Shown here: in pieces, positions 12,721-25,099 of the stretch | Layout of the letters: every line of letters begins with the position of its first letter | Position numbering within the stretch: the first letter of the stretch is position 1 | From: Eutreptiella sp. 'Long Island Sound 2002' | Lineage: Eukaryota > Protista > Euglenida | Direction: 5' to 3' | Length of the DNA stretch: 64,000 nucleotides | Assembly: GCA_964036045.1 (NCBI GenBank) | Contig: OZ038378.1 | Location: 28,582,001-28,646,000, forward strand | Notes under the pieces: model-generated | Database searches by the model: none | Seen by the model: only the letters and a program-made list of their open reading frames with translations | What the model was told of the DNA's origin: nothing | Made by a program: the position numbers and the translations under genes

Positions 12721-13550
12721 GACAAGGGGAAATTAACAGTTGCCCAAATCAGAATTTCTTTTGTGGAACTCTGATGTTCAGGTTACATGGCTGCAGAACG
12801 TCGCACAACTTTTTAAAGACTTGGGCTACTTAAATCCTGCGGATGTCAAGCTGCAGGTGCCATTTCAGTTTGTGCCACCGGTTGAGGTGGTGCGGCCTGC
12901 TGCTACACCAAAGCCTAAACCAAAGGCTGCACCTAAGCAGCTATCTATGGCTGTGTTTCCGAAGACAAACTATACAACAAAGTGGATAAACCGCATGTGT
13001 TTGGCAATCGATTACACGGTTTTTAAGCTTTCATTTGAGGGACGGTGAGGCTGGGATGGTGTTACGTGCTTTTATTTTGATGCATTTAACAAAACGCCGG
13101 CCTGCGTGCTTTTATTTCGGTTGCGTGCTTTTAAAAGGGGGTGGTGGTTTATGCTTTGGGGCAGGTTTCACGGCAGGTTTAGGAATGGGTTCAAGCTTTC
13201 TATTCTTTGGCATGAAGCCATCATGCACAATGTCCTGCATGGAGCATCGTTTGCGCTCAAAAAATGTCTGGCAGAATGATGCCATGAACAGAATGAACAA
13301 TCACAGTCATGAATGAGCTCCAGGCAAGGGTTTTTCCTTCTCATGCCGCTCTTTGACATCACGTGACAGCTATTCATGTACAACCAAGTAAGGAGCAAAT
13401 TTCAGTGTGCCGCTGCATGCTCCAGCATGCTTCAAAACCCGCATCAACAGGCCCCAAAATCAGGTGCTGCAGCATGTGCGGCACGTTGTGGCATGCTTCA
13501 GCTGTCGGTACCTGGTTGTGGGCGAATCACCCTACTATAGGCGGAATACC

Positions 13551-13590
13551 AACCCAACCCAACCCAACCCAACCCAACCCAACCCAACCC
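13551..13590. repeat. (AACCC)8 pentanucleotide microsatellite
   Basis: Directly visible. Confidence 0.9.
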
Positions 13591-13749
13591 GTGGCCGCGC
13601 CCCAGATGACCAGCGTCAGAGCAAACCAATGAACGGCCCCACAACGGCCAACCCCCCTATAGAAATTTCTGCCCTGAAGAACTTTGTGCCCAAATCCCAA
13701 GAGGAGGTAGGTTGCGGTGCCAAAGATGTACGAAAAATTCCTCAAAGCG

Positions 13750-15390
13750 TGTAATTAAGTAATTAACTTCTTATTCCGCGGTAAAATGCCATATTTTTTT
13801 TGTTTTGCGGTAAGGCAACTAAATAAAAAAAATCCCTCGGTGCGTGTATTTTTTTTGCGGTAAGTTGTGTAATTAGGGGGGGGGGGGAAAGGAAAATTGA
13901 CAAAAAGTGCCATGCATACATGTGCAATATGTACAATTGCCGGTTCCGTGTGGCAACCCAAAGCGACTTTAACGATCGCACGCCGAGTCCACAAAGCACT
14001 AAGTGCTCTGTGCAGGCACCATTTATTTGGCACTCAGCCAATATTGCACAGTACCACATGGTGTAATTGGCACCAGAAACAAAACCGGGCCCAAGAAAAG
14101 AGTCCTTCTAGGGGCATGGCCAACATCAATGTGCTAGTGCTGTGAGCAAGATCAGGCTCAAAAAAAGAGGCCCAACAGGACTATAGCCAATGTTAGTGGC
14201 ACCATTTAATTGGGATAGGGGCAAAAAGGAAATCCATTCAGATGCGCTCGAGGCCCGAAGGCTCTTGCATGTGGTGTGAAGAATGCTAGAGGCAGTGGCG
14301 CAAATGGAAATATTTTGTGTGGCCACTAAGTCCGTCGGATGGGATCAATATAATAGCATGTTTATACACTCCACATTTAACGCCAAAAGCCAACAAAACA
14401 TGCACCCGCAACAAGTAGTTGCAAAATGCATGTTTGTAGATGAGGTTAGTCTTGGTATTAGAGGACTTGAGCTCTGCACTAGGACTGGTGTTCAACTGAC
14501 AAGCCACGCGCAACTCAACTAATAGCTGCTTGGTCGGCTCATTGATGAACTGCTGGTCACACTCTAGCTGCCGGATGCATCTTTGGGTAGCTATCTGGCA
14601 CCTCGTGCCACTCTCCACAGATGAAGACTTTCGGACAAGTGCCCTCCTTTGTGGCAGGAGTGGCCATTGAGGGTGCGCCTTGGGCTCCGGGCCTTTGCCT
14701 TTGAGAGGGGTGGGGATGGCTTGCACACTCTCTTGAGTCTCTACATCCTCACCTTCGACCGGGCTAGAGGTGGCTTCTAAACTCTCCCCAATCTCCAAAA
14801 TTGCACCTTCAACTTGGATGCTGGGGGCGGAGGGGGGGGGGGGGGCAAAGAATTCAAGCATGCTTAGTCACCCCCTCCAAATCCAAACCACACAATTGAA
14901 TGATCCGCACGGCACGATGAGCATTAACAATGGCCAACAGATACCCGACAAAATTGGACCATTGTTGTGAGGAAAACATCCGAAAAAGAAGCCCGGCACG
15001 TAAGGTGGAGGCTTTGAAAAGCACAAGACTAACTGTCCTTTTGGAATCCCAAGGCCTGGTGGTTGGTGGTAAAGCCGTGATTCTTGAGCGCCGCTAAGAA
15101 AAGGGGCATCAAAGAAATGGAGCCCAAAACAATGAAACGCTCCAACTAGACATGACAATTGAAGGCACACACAAACCAATGAAACCCCTCTTTGTCATCG
15201 CTATTGACCAAGAAAATGTGGCAACAACACCAAGCCATGTTGTCGAGTGTGGATCTAGATTCAAAAGTTTGCATCCACCTCGACACTCTCTTCATATAAG
15301 TAACTGCAAGAGTTCATGCATGTGGTTCATCGATTTCCATGCACTGCAACTCTTGGTTCAACCAACACAAGATATCCCAGGCCGGGGATT
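13750..15390 (-). mobile_element. Decayed Ulp1(C48)-protease-carrying repeat element, copy 1
   Basis: DILCWLNQEL...FLVNSDDKEGFHWFVCAF...ALGFQKDS*SC. Downstream segments (CDQQFINEPTKQ..VELRVAC, LIYKHAFCNYL) and the AT-rich TTTTGCGGTAA end are shared with copies 2-4. Confidence 0.7.
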
Positions 15391-16089
15391 TACGGGGGTT
15401 TATAGTGCTTTTGGCCCCCGGCCCCCACCTTGTGTAAATTGGTGTAAATTTTCCCAAAAGTGGCGTAAATTTCCTTCAAAAAAGTGTAAATTTAAGAAAA
15501 GGACGGTGTCACTCAACAGCTGAACCAATGTGCAAAACGCAGAAAAAAGTAATGTAGAGTTTTGTGATTGGTTGCCTGGGCCTTGTGACCCCAAGTGGCG
15601 TTTTCCCACCATTTGCATGGTTGGTTTGGTGTTTGAATTAGAGAATGTGTGTATACATACTTATATATACCGGCAGGCAGGGTTTGTTTTAGGTGGGTTT
15701 GCCCAAGCACTGCCACGGGGTAGAGGGGGTCATGGGGGATGGGGAATGCACCATGGACCCAGACTGTGGTCCAAATTTTGTGTTGCCACAAGGGCTCGAA
15801 GATGCTGAACAATTGAGAAACAAAGGGCAAAAATTTTGGTGCACTCTAGGCAGGGGAGGGGGGTCGTTACGGCTGGGGTGGGGTACATACGTTAGTTGTT
15901 GTATGTACGTTGTATGTTGTTAGTTTGCAGTGTGTGGGAGGGTGAGTGGATACATACACAGGTTACAAACAAGAGTTACGCAGTTAGTTTTGCAATTTCC
16001 TTTGTGGCGGGGTGGGGAAGCAGACACAGCAGGACATGAGGTTAGCAGGTTAGCAAGCAAGTTAAAACAAACTGCACAACTACACAACG

Positions 16090-16640
16090 CAAAAAGAGAA
16101 TGCGGCATTGCTTGCCGCCGATTGCTCCGAGGGCTCATTGTTTGACGCCCCGCAGCCACAACTCGAAGGCCTCGGGATCCTCCTCCATCCAGGCCTCCGG
16201 TCCATCGGCAGGCTCATGATGCTAGCATTCCACTCGGGCTGGGCTGCCAATGGGGAATGTGCGCGGCATGCCGCACACCACATCACCCCGTTCTCATACT
16301 TTAGCCAAGGGCGCCCTTGTTGCCATGAAGCGTGGAATGTACGAATTTTGGTTGAGGGAGGGCAAGGCGGGCATGTGGGTTGAGCACACTAGAGACACAA
16401 ACCTTCAAGTGTGCATTCAACATGCACATAGCATTTGTAGTGCTTGCATTGTTGGGTATCAGTGTTGCCCAAAGGCTTTTCACAACCTCTACAGGCACAC
16501 GCAAAACACCAGCGGTGCCCCTCACCCCCCACCGTGACAAAGCAATGCTCATGGACACCCCGCTTGCATTGCGTGCATGAGTTCGTCAACCCACATAGTT
16601 TGCTGTGGCAACTACTGCAATGCGACAAACCCAAAACTTT
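16090..16640 (-). pseudogene. Tandem PHD-like fingers plus a TTF-type zinc finger, in frame downstream of the transposase fragment
   Basis: CSSC-x10-CTQC-x4-HEHC-x11-CFAC (C4HC3), a second degenerate finger ending GLCL*C (one stop at 16389), then KIRTFHASWQQGRPWLKYENGVMWCAACRAH. Confidence 0.6.
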
Positions 16641-16649
16641 GACAAAGCT

Positions 16650-17214
16650 CCCGGGGGCCAAGGGGCAAATCCATAGAATGTTGCCCAAAATATCAACGGC
16701 AACAGTCACCTTGTAAACATGCGACGCATACGTAGGATTCCACAGGTCTGCACTCCATATCCCACCAATGGAACTGATGGGCATGGAGTCTGTGAAATGC
16801 GTCATAAAGAATGGAAAATGGGGACAATGGTTGAAAGGATTCAATTTGTCGGCCCACCGAATCTCTTGAACAACATGGTTAAAGTATTCACGAACACGGG
16901 GAACACTCTGCCGCCAGGCAACCTCCGAACATTTTCCGTGTGAGACATGAAAGCACCGCTCTCTGCCCGTGGGGTGTGTTGCATCCAGAAAAAAAAAGAA
17001 ACAACGACTCATGGTCGAGGAGCTCATGGTGTCCGTACTTCATCCAAAATTCCTCCAATGTTTCTGCATCCGCACCCATCCGTGCAACCTGCGTACGCAC
17101 AAAGGTGGACTTACACCGTTTCACCCACCATTGGACACCACCACCCTTGCCATCGTCATAGACGGGGTGCAAAGGGTGTGCCAGATTCTTAGACACGGCG
17201 AGAAGATACTCCAA
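16650..17214 (-). pseudogene. PIF/Harbinger-ISL2EU-type (DDE_Tnp_4-like) transposase remnant, N-terminal half of the catalytic domain
   Basis: FTDSMPI...LWNPTYASHVYKVTVAVDILGNILWICPLAPG matches the D...K-x-x-H..K..AV...G.I.W...PG pattern of IS5/Harbinger transposases. Frameshifted upstream, and cut off before the second Asp. Confidence 0.7.
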
Positions 17215-17359
17215 AATCTCATCCTCTGTCTTTTTGTTCTCCCTCGCACACTCTTCCGCTATGTACTCTCTTTCAGTGGAGGGTGGTTCAACAGGGTTGG
17301 GCTGGGGCTTGGGTTTGCCTTTGGCAGACCTAGATTTGCGTTGAGGTTTGGGTTGGGGC

Positions 17360-17565
17360 CACGCACAAAGCGTGGATTGTGAGTCCCTAACCCCAACTCA
17401 AGGGGCCGTGCAACAAAGCGTGGATTGTGAGTCCCTAACCCCGACTCGAGGGGCCACGCAAAAAAGTGTGGACTGTGAGTCCCTAACCCCAACTCGAGGT
17501 GCCACGCAAAAAAGTGTGGATTGTGAGTCCCTAACCCCAACTCGAGGGGCCACGCAAAAAAGCGT
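17360..17565. repeat. 48-bp tandem repeat, about 4.3 copies
   Basis: Unit approximately ACGCAAAAAAGYGTGGATTGTGAGTCCCTAACCCCAACTCGAGGGGCC. Confidence 0.9.
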
Positions 17566-18063
17566 GGATACAAAAATTGTCCCGGTTTCCTCAATAGCAC
17601 CGGAAGGTTGGGGCCCAAAAGAGGGCGGAAATGCTACGTCACCCCTGCATGCTTAGGGGTCCCCAACAAAGGGGACAAAATCAGAAGTCAAAACCTACGC
17701 TAGGGGTCACCATGATGCTCCTAGTATCAAAGCGCGGATACAAAGATTGTCCCGGTTTCCTCAATAGCACCGGAAGGTTGGGGCCCAAAAGAGGGCGGAA
17801 ATGCTACGTCACCCCTGCATGCTTAGGGGTCCCCAACAAAGGGGACAAAATCAGAAGTCAAAACCTACGCTAGGGGTCACCATGATGCTCCTAGTATCAA
17901 AGCGCGGATACAAAGATTGTCCCGGTTTCCTCAATAGCACCGGAAGGTTGGGGCCCAAAAGAGGGCAGAAATGCTACGTCACCCCTGCATTCTCGGGGGT
18001 CCCCAACAAAGGGGACAAAATCAGAAGTCAAAACCTACGCTAGGGGTCACCATGATGCTCGTA
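17564..18063. repeat. 170-bp tandem repeat, about 3 near-identical copies
   Basis: TTGTCCCGGTTTCCTCAATAGCACCGG recurs at 170-bp spacing. Each unit contains GGGGTCCCCAACAAAGGGGACAAAATCAGAAGT. Confidence 0.95.
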
Positions 18064-18377
18064 GTATCTCAAAGTGTGGGTCTCTAGTACAGCCAGGCGC
18101 CCAAATAGCTGCACTGCGCTAAGTGCGCCCCCTTAATGCACCCCCTAAAAGGCCACTGGAGGGGCACGGGTCCGAAAAGATGCCCGGCGCGCACCCAGCG
18201 CGCTAACGTTCCCCCAATGCAGGTCGCCAGAAATTCATGCTAGGAAGCCTTGCTAGGTGTTCTTTACGATCCCAAAACTGGGCTGCAAAAGCAGCGGCCT
18301 CTGCGGTGGACAGGATCTGGTGTTCCTCATGGGAGCATGCAGGTTGCTGTGAATGTACGAGGCTTCTCGGCCTGCTT

Positions 18378-18610
18378 GGGGGCGTTTTCACACAGCGCGG
18401 GCACAGCACCAATTATTACGTTGTTTATCCCAAGAACACCCCTGAAAACCACCCCCCTACAGAAGCGTGCATGATCCATTCAAAACAGCATCGGGATGCA
18501 GAATTCAGGACCCTGGGACCCGTGGCTACCGGTGGTGAAAAACAGCCGACTCTTCGCACAGCGCGGGCACAGCGCGGGCACAGCACGCGCACAGCACACG
18601 GTGCGCCCCC
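18378..18610. mobile_element. 233-bp MITE, an empty derivative of the 34667-35653 element family
   Basis: CTT|GGGGGCG ... CGCCCCC|CTT. The first ~110 bp and the right end (CTACCGGTGGTG...TTCGCACAGCGC) align by eye with the two ends of 34667-35653. Confidence 0.8.
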
Positions 18611-19289
18611 CTTGGCAGGACACCGAGTCACATGCACCCACTCTGCACCCCCAGAGCGAGCCCTTTCGCGCACCAAAGGTTTTTGTGGTGCATTGGGGAA
18701 AGCAACAGCACGTTGGGAGAGTTTGTATACAGACATAGTAGCTGCCTGTTGACAAAAAGAGGCAGCAGGCAGCACACACACTGTCCAAAAGGGAGGGAAA
18801 TCTCAAACATGTCGTCAGTACAGCATGCAGACCCGGGTGTTCCAAATAGCACTTTTCAAGGGCTTTCCGAATATACCCACATACCCCCCCCTTTGGCACA
18901 CTCAGCGGGCGCAAATGAGGCAACAAAGGCACCAACCCCTGAAAACGCTCCGCGTTGGCATGAAATCCGGTGTCCCCGAGAGATATTGTCGGTCACCATA
19001 CATTGGTGCACCCAATTGTGAACAAGTGCAACCCGCCTCAACTCATGCAACAATCTGTAATACTGAGACACCGTTGGACCACAAGGTGGTCGTCAGTGAT
19101 TACCTGTAGCAGATGTTGCATAACATCAAGTTATTTGGCCAGGCAACGCAATGCCACCTTGGTGTGTCCCCAAGGAGGTCCAGAGGGACGGTGCTCACCG
19201 CACAAGTGAACAGTGGACTGCAGGGTGCGGTCAGGGCACGATGCTGTACAGATGCAGATGGTATGCACAAAGTTGCCCCCTCCTCCCCT

Positions 19290-19383
<94 letters not shown>
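19290..19383. repeat. (CA)n microsatellite; others at about 48528-48570, 49143-49190 and 62492-62532
   Basis: Directly visible dinucleotide runs. Confidence 0.95.
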
Positions 19384-19385
<2 letters not shown>

Positions 19386-20486
19386 TCTCCCGCCCCACAC
19401 CCCACACTGCCCCACATTTCACCCCCCCACCCCCCCCATACACATTCACACAGAGCTTTCACAGCTATCTACTTTGTTGGATCGGTATGTGCAATAGGCA
19501 CTGAGCAGGTGGGGGGTTGAATTTGCACTCGCAACTTGCAAACAACCAGCCCCTTCTCAGGCTTTGTCCAACCATTGGTGAGACATTGCATTTTTATCAT
19601 GCACTGCCTACGGTCATGGAGTCGACTGCCAAGGGACACTAGCTGTCAAGGGACAATAACTGCAAAGGGACATTAACTGCAAAGGGACACTCACCAAGTG
19701 AGCGACCCCTGGCAGTGCCCCTGGTGAGGGTCACTGTACCAAAAATCAAGCCTTCCTTTGTGAGGAGAAAGGACGCACCGTATGCGGATGGTGCACACAT
19801 AGCAGCATTCACACCAACTCCGTTACTGCAGTTGATAATTCTGCAGAGTTTGCAGATCTTGTATGCATACGTTTGGGCTGTTAAATCAGACTTCACAATG
19901 TTTTTCACATCTTTTTCACATAATTTGTACATAATTTTGCACATGACTGGCAGCAACAATAGGCACACGCGGGGGGGCTGGAGCAACAAGAAGAGGATCA
20001 GAAGAACGCCGGAGAGCCCGCCACGCCCGCTCCAAAAGGTATTTACAGAAGAAACGTCAATTGCAATTTCCGGTCCTCTTTGTTCCTACCCCCCCCCCTT
20101 GTAATCCCCCCCATGGGGGGGCGGGGGACAGTCATGAAGTGACGGTCCCGCAGGGGGGGGGGGGGGAGGGGGGATTGCACCGCAAGACCGTACCATAATA
20201 TCACAGTGTAAATCAGCTTCGGCGCCTCCGGTGCCTTGTGAACATCTTCTCTGGCGCCTTTGGCGCCTAGAACTTTCAGTGCTTGTTGGGCTAAGTGACG
20301 GTCCCCCCCCACCGGGGGGCGGGGGGGGGGGGGGAGGGGAGGGTACACAGGTTTCAGGGGGTAACACCTGTGGGCCAAGCATGAAAATATACCAATGCTT
20401 GAACGCTGGACGATCCAATGTCAGACAATAATGCACTGGCATTATCGCCACAAATACAGTCCCCGGGCAACGCATAGTAACCACAG

Positions 20487-21530
20487 TCAGGACAGTATCT
20501 TTTTCCGGAAATATCGCTGTTGGTACAAAAATTCAGCATGTCCCACAGGCGACCAAGCATAGCAGAACTCCATAATGTACATCAATAGGTCCCATGGCAG
20601 TCGTACCAGTGGGTGAGAGGCCAGTGCGACAGGTGCTGAAGGGGCTAGCCCTCGTGTGCGCAGTAATACAAACACCCTTCGCTCTTGCCACAGGCAGTCC
20701 CTCCGATGCCTCTCGGCAATGGCCTGCAGCGACTCAATGCTTAAGCTAAAGTTTCTGGCATACAGAAAAAGCCAACAAACCTCCCGCACGCTTCCGGGAG
20801 CTAGAGGCTCCAGACCCTGGACAACATTCCACATCCCTGATAGCAGTGCATGACGAACACATATGTCAACCGAAATAAAGTGTCCCTTACCAGACACCCC
20901 GTCACTGTCCGAATCATCGCTAGGTATCAAGGCATAATCGACCAGCTCATCGAATGCTTGATGGCGTAGAAGCTTAAGAACGAGCTCTTCGCTTTGGGAC
21001 ATGATGGCAGCTTCCAGCACCTTGAGCGAGCAGTTACTGCGCAACGCCCCCCAATGTGGCACAATGTCTAGCAAGTGGCAGCAAAGCTGTGCGTTGCCGG
21101 ATCTGGCAGCCAGCACGATGGCGCCTTCTCCAAAAATGTTGCAGTGGGACCAACGAAACACTGCTGAGGATCTTTTGGTGCCGTGCGCAAGCAGGCAGTC
21201 AATAATGGCTGATGATGCTCCATGCTTGCAAGCATACAGCAGCACATGGCAGCGGTCGGAATTACGCGTGGCTAGGGACGCCCTGAATGACAACAGACAC
21301 CCAATCATAGCCGGTGCGACCGATGTGTCACTGGTGCTTGCAAGCATCAGCGGGGTGATGTGGTCTGGAGAGAACCTTGCATTTGCCAAACGGGGTTGAG
21401 AGGCAAGTAGGCTCTGCACTTGTCTCAGTTGCCCAAGGGCAATACTGTGGGCGAACTCATCGCATAGCCATGAGGGAAGGGGAGGAGGCCAGGTGCAATG
21501 TCGGTGATGGCGACGGCCGCAAGGTGCCAT
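20487..21530 (-). CDS. Intronless ankyrin-repeat protein with C-terminal F-box-like motif (about 347 aa)
   Basis: About 4 ankyrin repeats (ITPLMLAS, HVLLYACKHG..IIDCLLAHG, GAIVLAARSGNAQLCCHLL) and C-terminal LVRLPWDLLMYIMEFC. First ATG at 21530, preceded by the acceptor CCTTCCCCTGCAGTTTTGCAG (AG ends at 21572). Confidence 0.8.
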   Translation of the reverse strand: MAPCGRRHHRHCTWPPPLPSWLCDEFAHSIALGQLRQVQSLLASQPRLANARFSPDHITPLMLASTSDTSVAPAMIGCLLSFRASLATRNSDRCHVLLYACKHGASSAIIDCLLAHGTKRSSAVFRWSHCNIFGEGAIVLAARSGNAQLCCHLLDIVPHWGALRSNCSLKVLEAAIMSQSEELVLKLLRHQAFDELVDYALIPSDDSDSDGVSGKGHFISVDICVRHALLSGMWNVVQGLEPLAPGSVREVCWLFLYARNFSLSIESLQAIAERHRRDCLWQERRVFVLLRTRGLAPSAPVALASHPLVRLPWDLLMYIMEFCYAWSPVGHAEFLYQQRYFRKKILS

Positions 21531-23129
21531 TGCAAAGAACAAACTCCAAGGGATGGCCAAGATACCAGAGTCTGCAAAACTGCAGGGGGAAGGCAGTCCA
21601 AAGCTTTGAATTACAAGCCAACAGATTTCATTTCTTGATGAAAAAGTGGTGTTGCCAAATTTGTTGGAAGCATCCCTTCGACCTCATGTTTTTTACACAT
21701 AGCATTCTAATTATTTTTTGATACAGAGAGAATGTTTGCCCGAAGTGTCACCTTCGGCGCATATGCCACGGCACTGCCCGCCCCCAAGTGGATATGCACA
21801 AACAAGGGTGCCTTACATCAAACATAATGCATGCACATCGTGGCTTGAAGGATTTGAAACGATCAATGCCTATTTCTGTCGTGGCGCCTCTTGTCGGCTT
21901 GCCCTCCAACAGCCACAGGATGGTGACGGGCAAACCTCCTCCTGAGCAGTGCTGTATGTGCTCACTACACAATCACCACTATCTGTAGTAGTTTTCAGCA
22001 CAAAGATTAAAGATGAAAGATTGTCACAAGCAGTCAATAATCCACTGTGCAGCTTGTGCTCTGTGCTTTGCCCTGTATCCATAGGCGGAGCTTCTGTGTA
22101 TCTGTCCCTTGTGAATGGTAATTCTGCCGTGAATATTAAATGGCTGTCAAATATTAAACCGACGTGAATATTAGTTTGGGGGGGGGGGGTTAGATCCCCT
22201 TCCCCCTCTCCCCCTACCAATTCATGCCACAAAATCTGTGCCACAACGTGCTGTAGAAAGGATGGATTTACAAGTCCAAAGCACAACTATGGGAGCCCAG
22301 TAAGCAACCACACGGTGTACTCGCGCTGTACTTGCATCCTTCTGCAAATGCGATCCTCAATTTTTGAGTGTTTAGTCATCCGCATAGACCAACCATCATC
22401 AGCCATGCTGTGTACAAAAGCTAAACGCACAACAGTGTCCATGTGCCCTGTGAAAGCCCCCATTGAATATTCACACCCCCACTTAATATTAACGGCACTT
22501 TAATTATCACATATGAATATCATTCTACCTGGGGGGGGGGGGGGTAGGCAGAAGGGTCCCCACCCCCTTCTGGCTGACAAGGGGTCTGTGCAACTGAATA
22601 CATCACTGCTCGGACCAAACTATCTAACCTCACTGACAGCCACTGACAGCGTTGCCATTTTCACAGGTACGAACCTGTCCATTGTGTGGCCTGAAGAACA
22701 AGCACTACTTTGAAGACACCGAATCCACAATATGTGCAACACTTTTTGACCAACGGCTCATTTAGAACACTCGGCCAGAAAATCAGCTCGGGCTGTCCCC
22801 TGGCACCGGACAAAGGGGGTTGTGCCTATGGTGGAAGGGATAGGGCAGCAAAATCAAGGGTTGCCCCTTGGCGCTGAGCGAGGGTGAGGGAGGGGGTGTG
22901 ACAGGTGGGGTGAGGAAGGGGCCTGAAAATGAACCAGGCTGTCCCCTGGCGCTGAGTGTGGGTTACAGCTGGTGATCCAAAGCTATCACCTGGCATAGTA
23001 GGGGGGAGGGAGGGCGCCTCGTTCATTGTTGAAAACGGGGGATATGGTATCCTTTGCTCAAGCGACCCCTGTGGAGTCCTTTGTTAGTAGAGAGCAAGTG
23101 AAGCGTCAAGGACACATATGCCACTTTTT

Positions 23130-24560
23130 GCATGACTTTCTGAGAAGCCGTCCCCAATCAACAGACAGCATTTTGCAGGTTGGTGCACATGCTCTTCTTG
23201 CGGTCAGCATTGCCTGTGGAAGTTCAACTAACAAGCCACGCGCAACTCAGCTACCGGCTGCTTGGCCAGCTCATTAATGAACAGCCGGTCACGCTCCAGC
23301 GGGCCAAATGCATCTTTGGGTAGGCATCCGGCACCTTGCGCCACTCTCCACGGATGAGGACCTTGAGACGGGTGTCCTCTTCTGTGGCATGTGGCAGGAG
23401 TGGGGATGAAAGGTTGCGCCTTGACCTTTGGGCCTTCCACGCTTTGCTCGGCATCCTTGAGTGAGGTAGGGGTGGCGTGATCCATCAACTTGGGTGCTGG
23501 GGGACTTAGGAGGGCAAGGAAGCCTAGTTACGCCCTCCAATCATCACCAAGCGCTTCCATGACCCGCATAGCGCGATCAACAAAAACCATGCTCAACACA
23601 CAGTCGACAAACCTAGACCCATTGGGGCGTGGGGAACATCCGAAAAAGAACCCCGGTGATCTACCACCAAGTTTGTGAGGTCGAGGCTCCGAACCACAAG
23701 ACCAACCGTCCTTTTGGAATCCCAAGGCCCGGTGCTTGGTGGTTTGGCCGTGCTTCTTGAGCGCCGATAAGAAAGGGCGGATCAAATGAATGGAGCTCAA
23801 GGGTTCCCAAACCAAAATAATGAAATACTCAGCCGGGCACACCAATCGAAGGCACACACAATCCAATGCAACCCTCCTCTGTCATCGCTATTAACCACAA
23901 AAGTGTGATGACGGCACCAAGCCATGGTGTCTAATGTGGAGCCACATTCAACAAGTTGCAACCACCTGGACACTCTCTTGATGTAAAAACCACAAGAGTC
24001 CACGCACTTGGTTCATCGATTTCCATGTGGTAGAGCTCTTGGTTCAACCAACACAAGATATCCTTGTATGTCAACCAATCGCCCACCTCCAAAGGGTTTG
24101 TTTCACTCGGGATGGCACCTCGAGTGAAACCACCTTTTAGAATTGGGAGGGTCGACAGGGGGCGCACTTGGCAAGGCCTTCTTTCACTTCGGCTTTTTCT
24201 ATGGCACGGGGGGGGGGGGGAACACTTGGCAAAGTCTTCTTTCCCTTCACCTTCTCCCGTGGCACAGGGGCCGTAGGAGGAGGCGCAAAGGAGGGTGGCG
24301 GTCAAAACCTCCTTAGCGTCTACCTCTTGACACCACTTTTGAAATAGCCACTTGTCCGTGTTAGGGTGGGTCCTAACATGAATTGGACACACGAAAGTGG
24401 GCAAGCAAAAGCCACATCCTTCACAATGCATGCACCATAGGTACACAGCCTTGTGACATTGGCCACACACATAAGGGAGTACCTCATATGCCAGGTTCGC
24501 CCTGTGGGAGCAGGATGCCATGCTGAACCGCAACAAAGAGCACTAAGGTACAAACAAAAC
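23130..24560 (-). mobile_element. Decayed Ulp1-carrying element, copy 2, with an upstream Cys/His finger
   Basis: LEVGDWLTYKDILCWLN...VVNSDDRGGLHWIVCAFD...ALGFQKDGWSCG retains the His, Asp, Gln and Cys catalytic-type motifs across frameshifts. Upstream is CGQC-x6-CMHCEGCGFC-x5-CPIH. Confidence 0.75.
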
Positions 24561-25099
24561 AATGCAATGCACACCATGCTTCTTGGTAAAGAATCGGGCT
24601 ATAGCTCAATCGCAAGACTTCCTTTTCCGGTGCTTGATTGTCCTGCTTGGAGCGCAGTAGAGACCAAACTCAATGGCATATAACCCACTGTCATTCTCTA
24701 TGATTGGTGTCATCCCAATCTCAAACGAGTGATTGGTTGCTGGGGAAAATTTAACATGAAAATCCGAGAAGCACAACCCCAATTATTACGTACACCATTT
24801 GATAGGCAAAAGAAACATCGGTGGTGGGGGTAGGGGGGTCGTGCACTTTTCGGCTTGGAGCGTCCAGCAGTCAAAGGGCAGTCAAAGGCACAATCCTTTT
24901 TTATTAAGCTCAACAGCTCCACTGACTACAGTATGAGCTCTCAGGCAACAACCTAGGTCAAGACATAGGGGCATATAGTACAAATGAGGGGTTCCACATG
25001 CATCATGTGTGCCAGCTTCACCTGGGGAAACTGCTCTATTCACTACCAGCTTGATCTACCTCTCGCATGTGCAGCACGCGGTGCCACGCCTAATGGCCA

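Noticed and set aside
19100-19520. ORFs with HT/CV repeats here and at other (CA)n tracts; poly-E, poly-S and poly-P ORFs at (GAG)n tracts
   Set aside because: These are translation artefacts of microsatellites.
22330-22470. WGLSQG and VYADD in different minus-strand frames, suggesting an RT
   Set aside because: The motifs are only about 20 codons apart and in different frames, with no other RT motifs. This could be chance.
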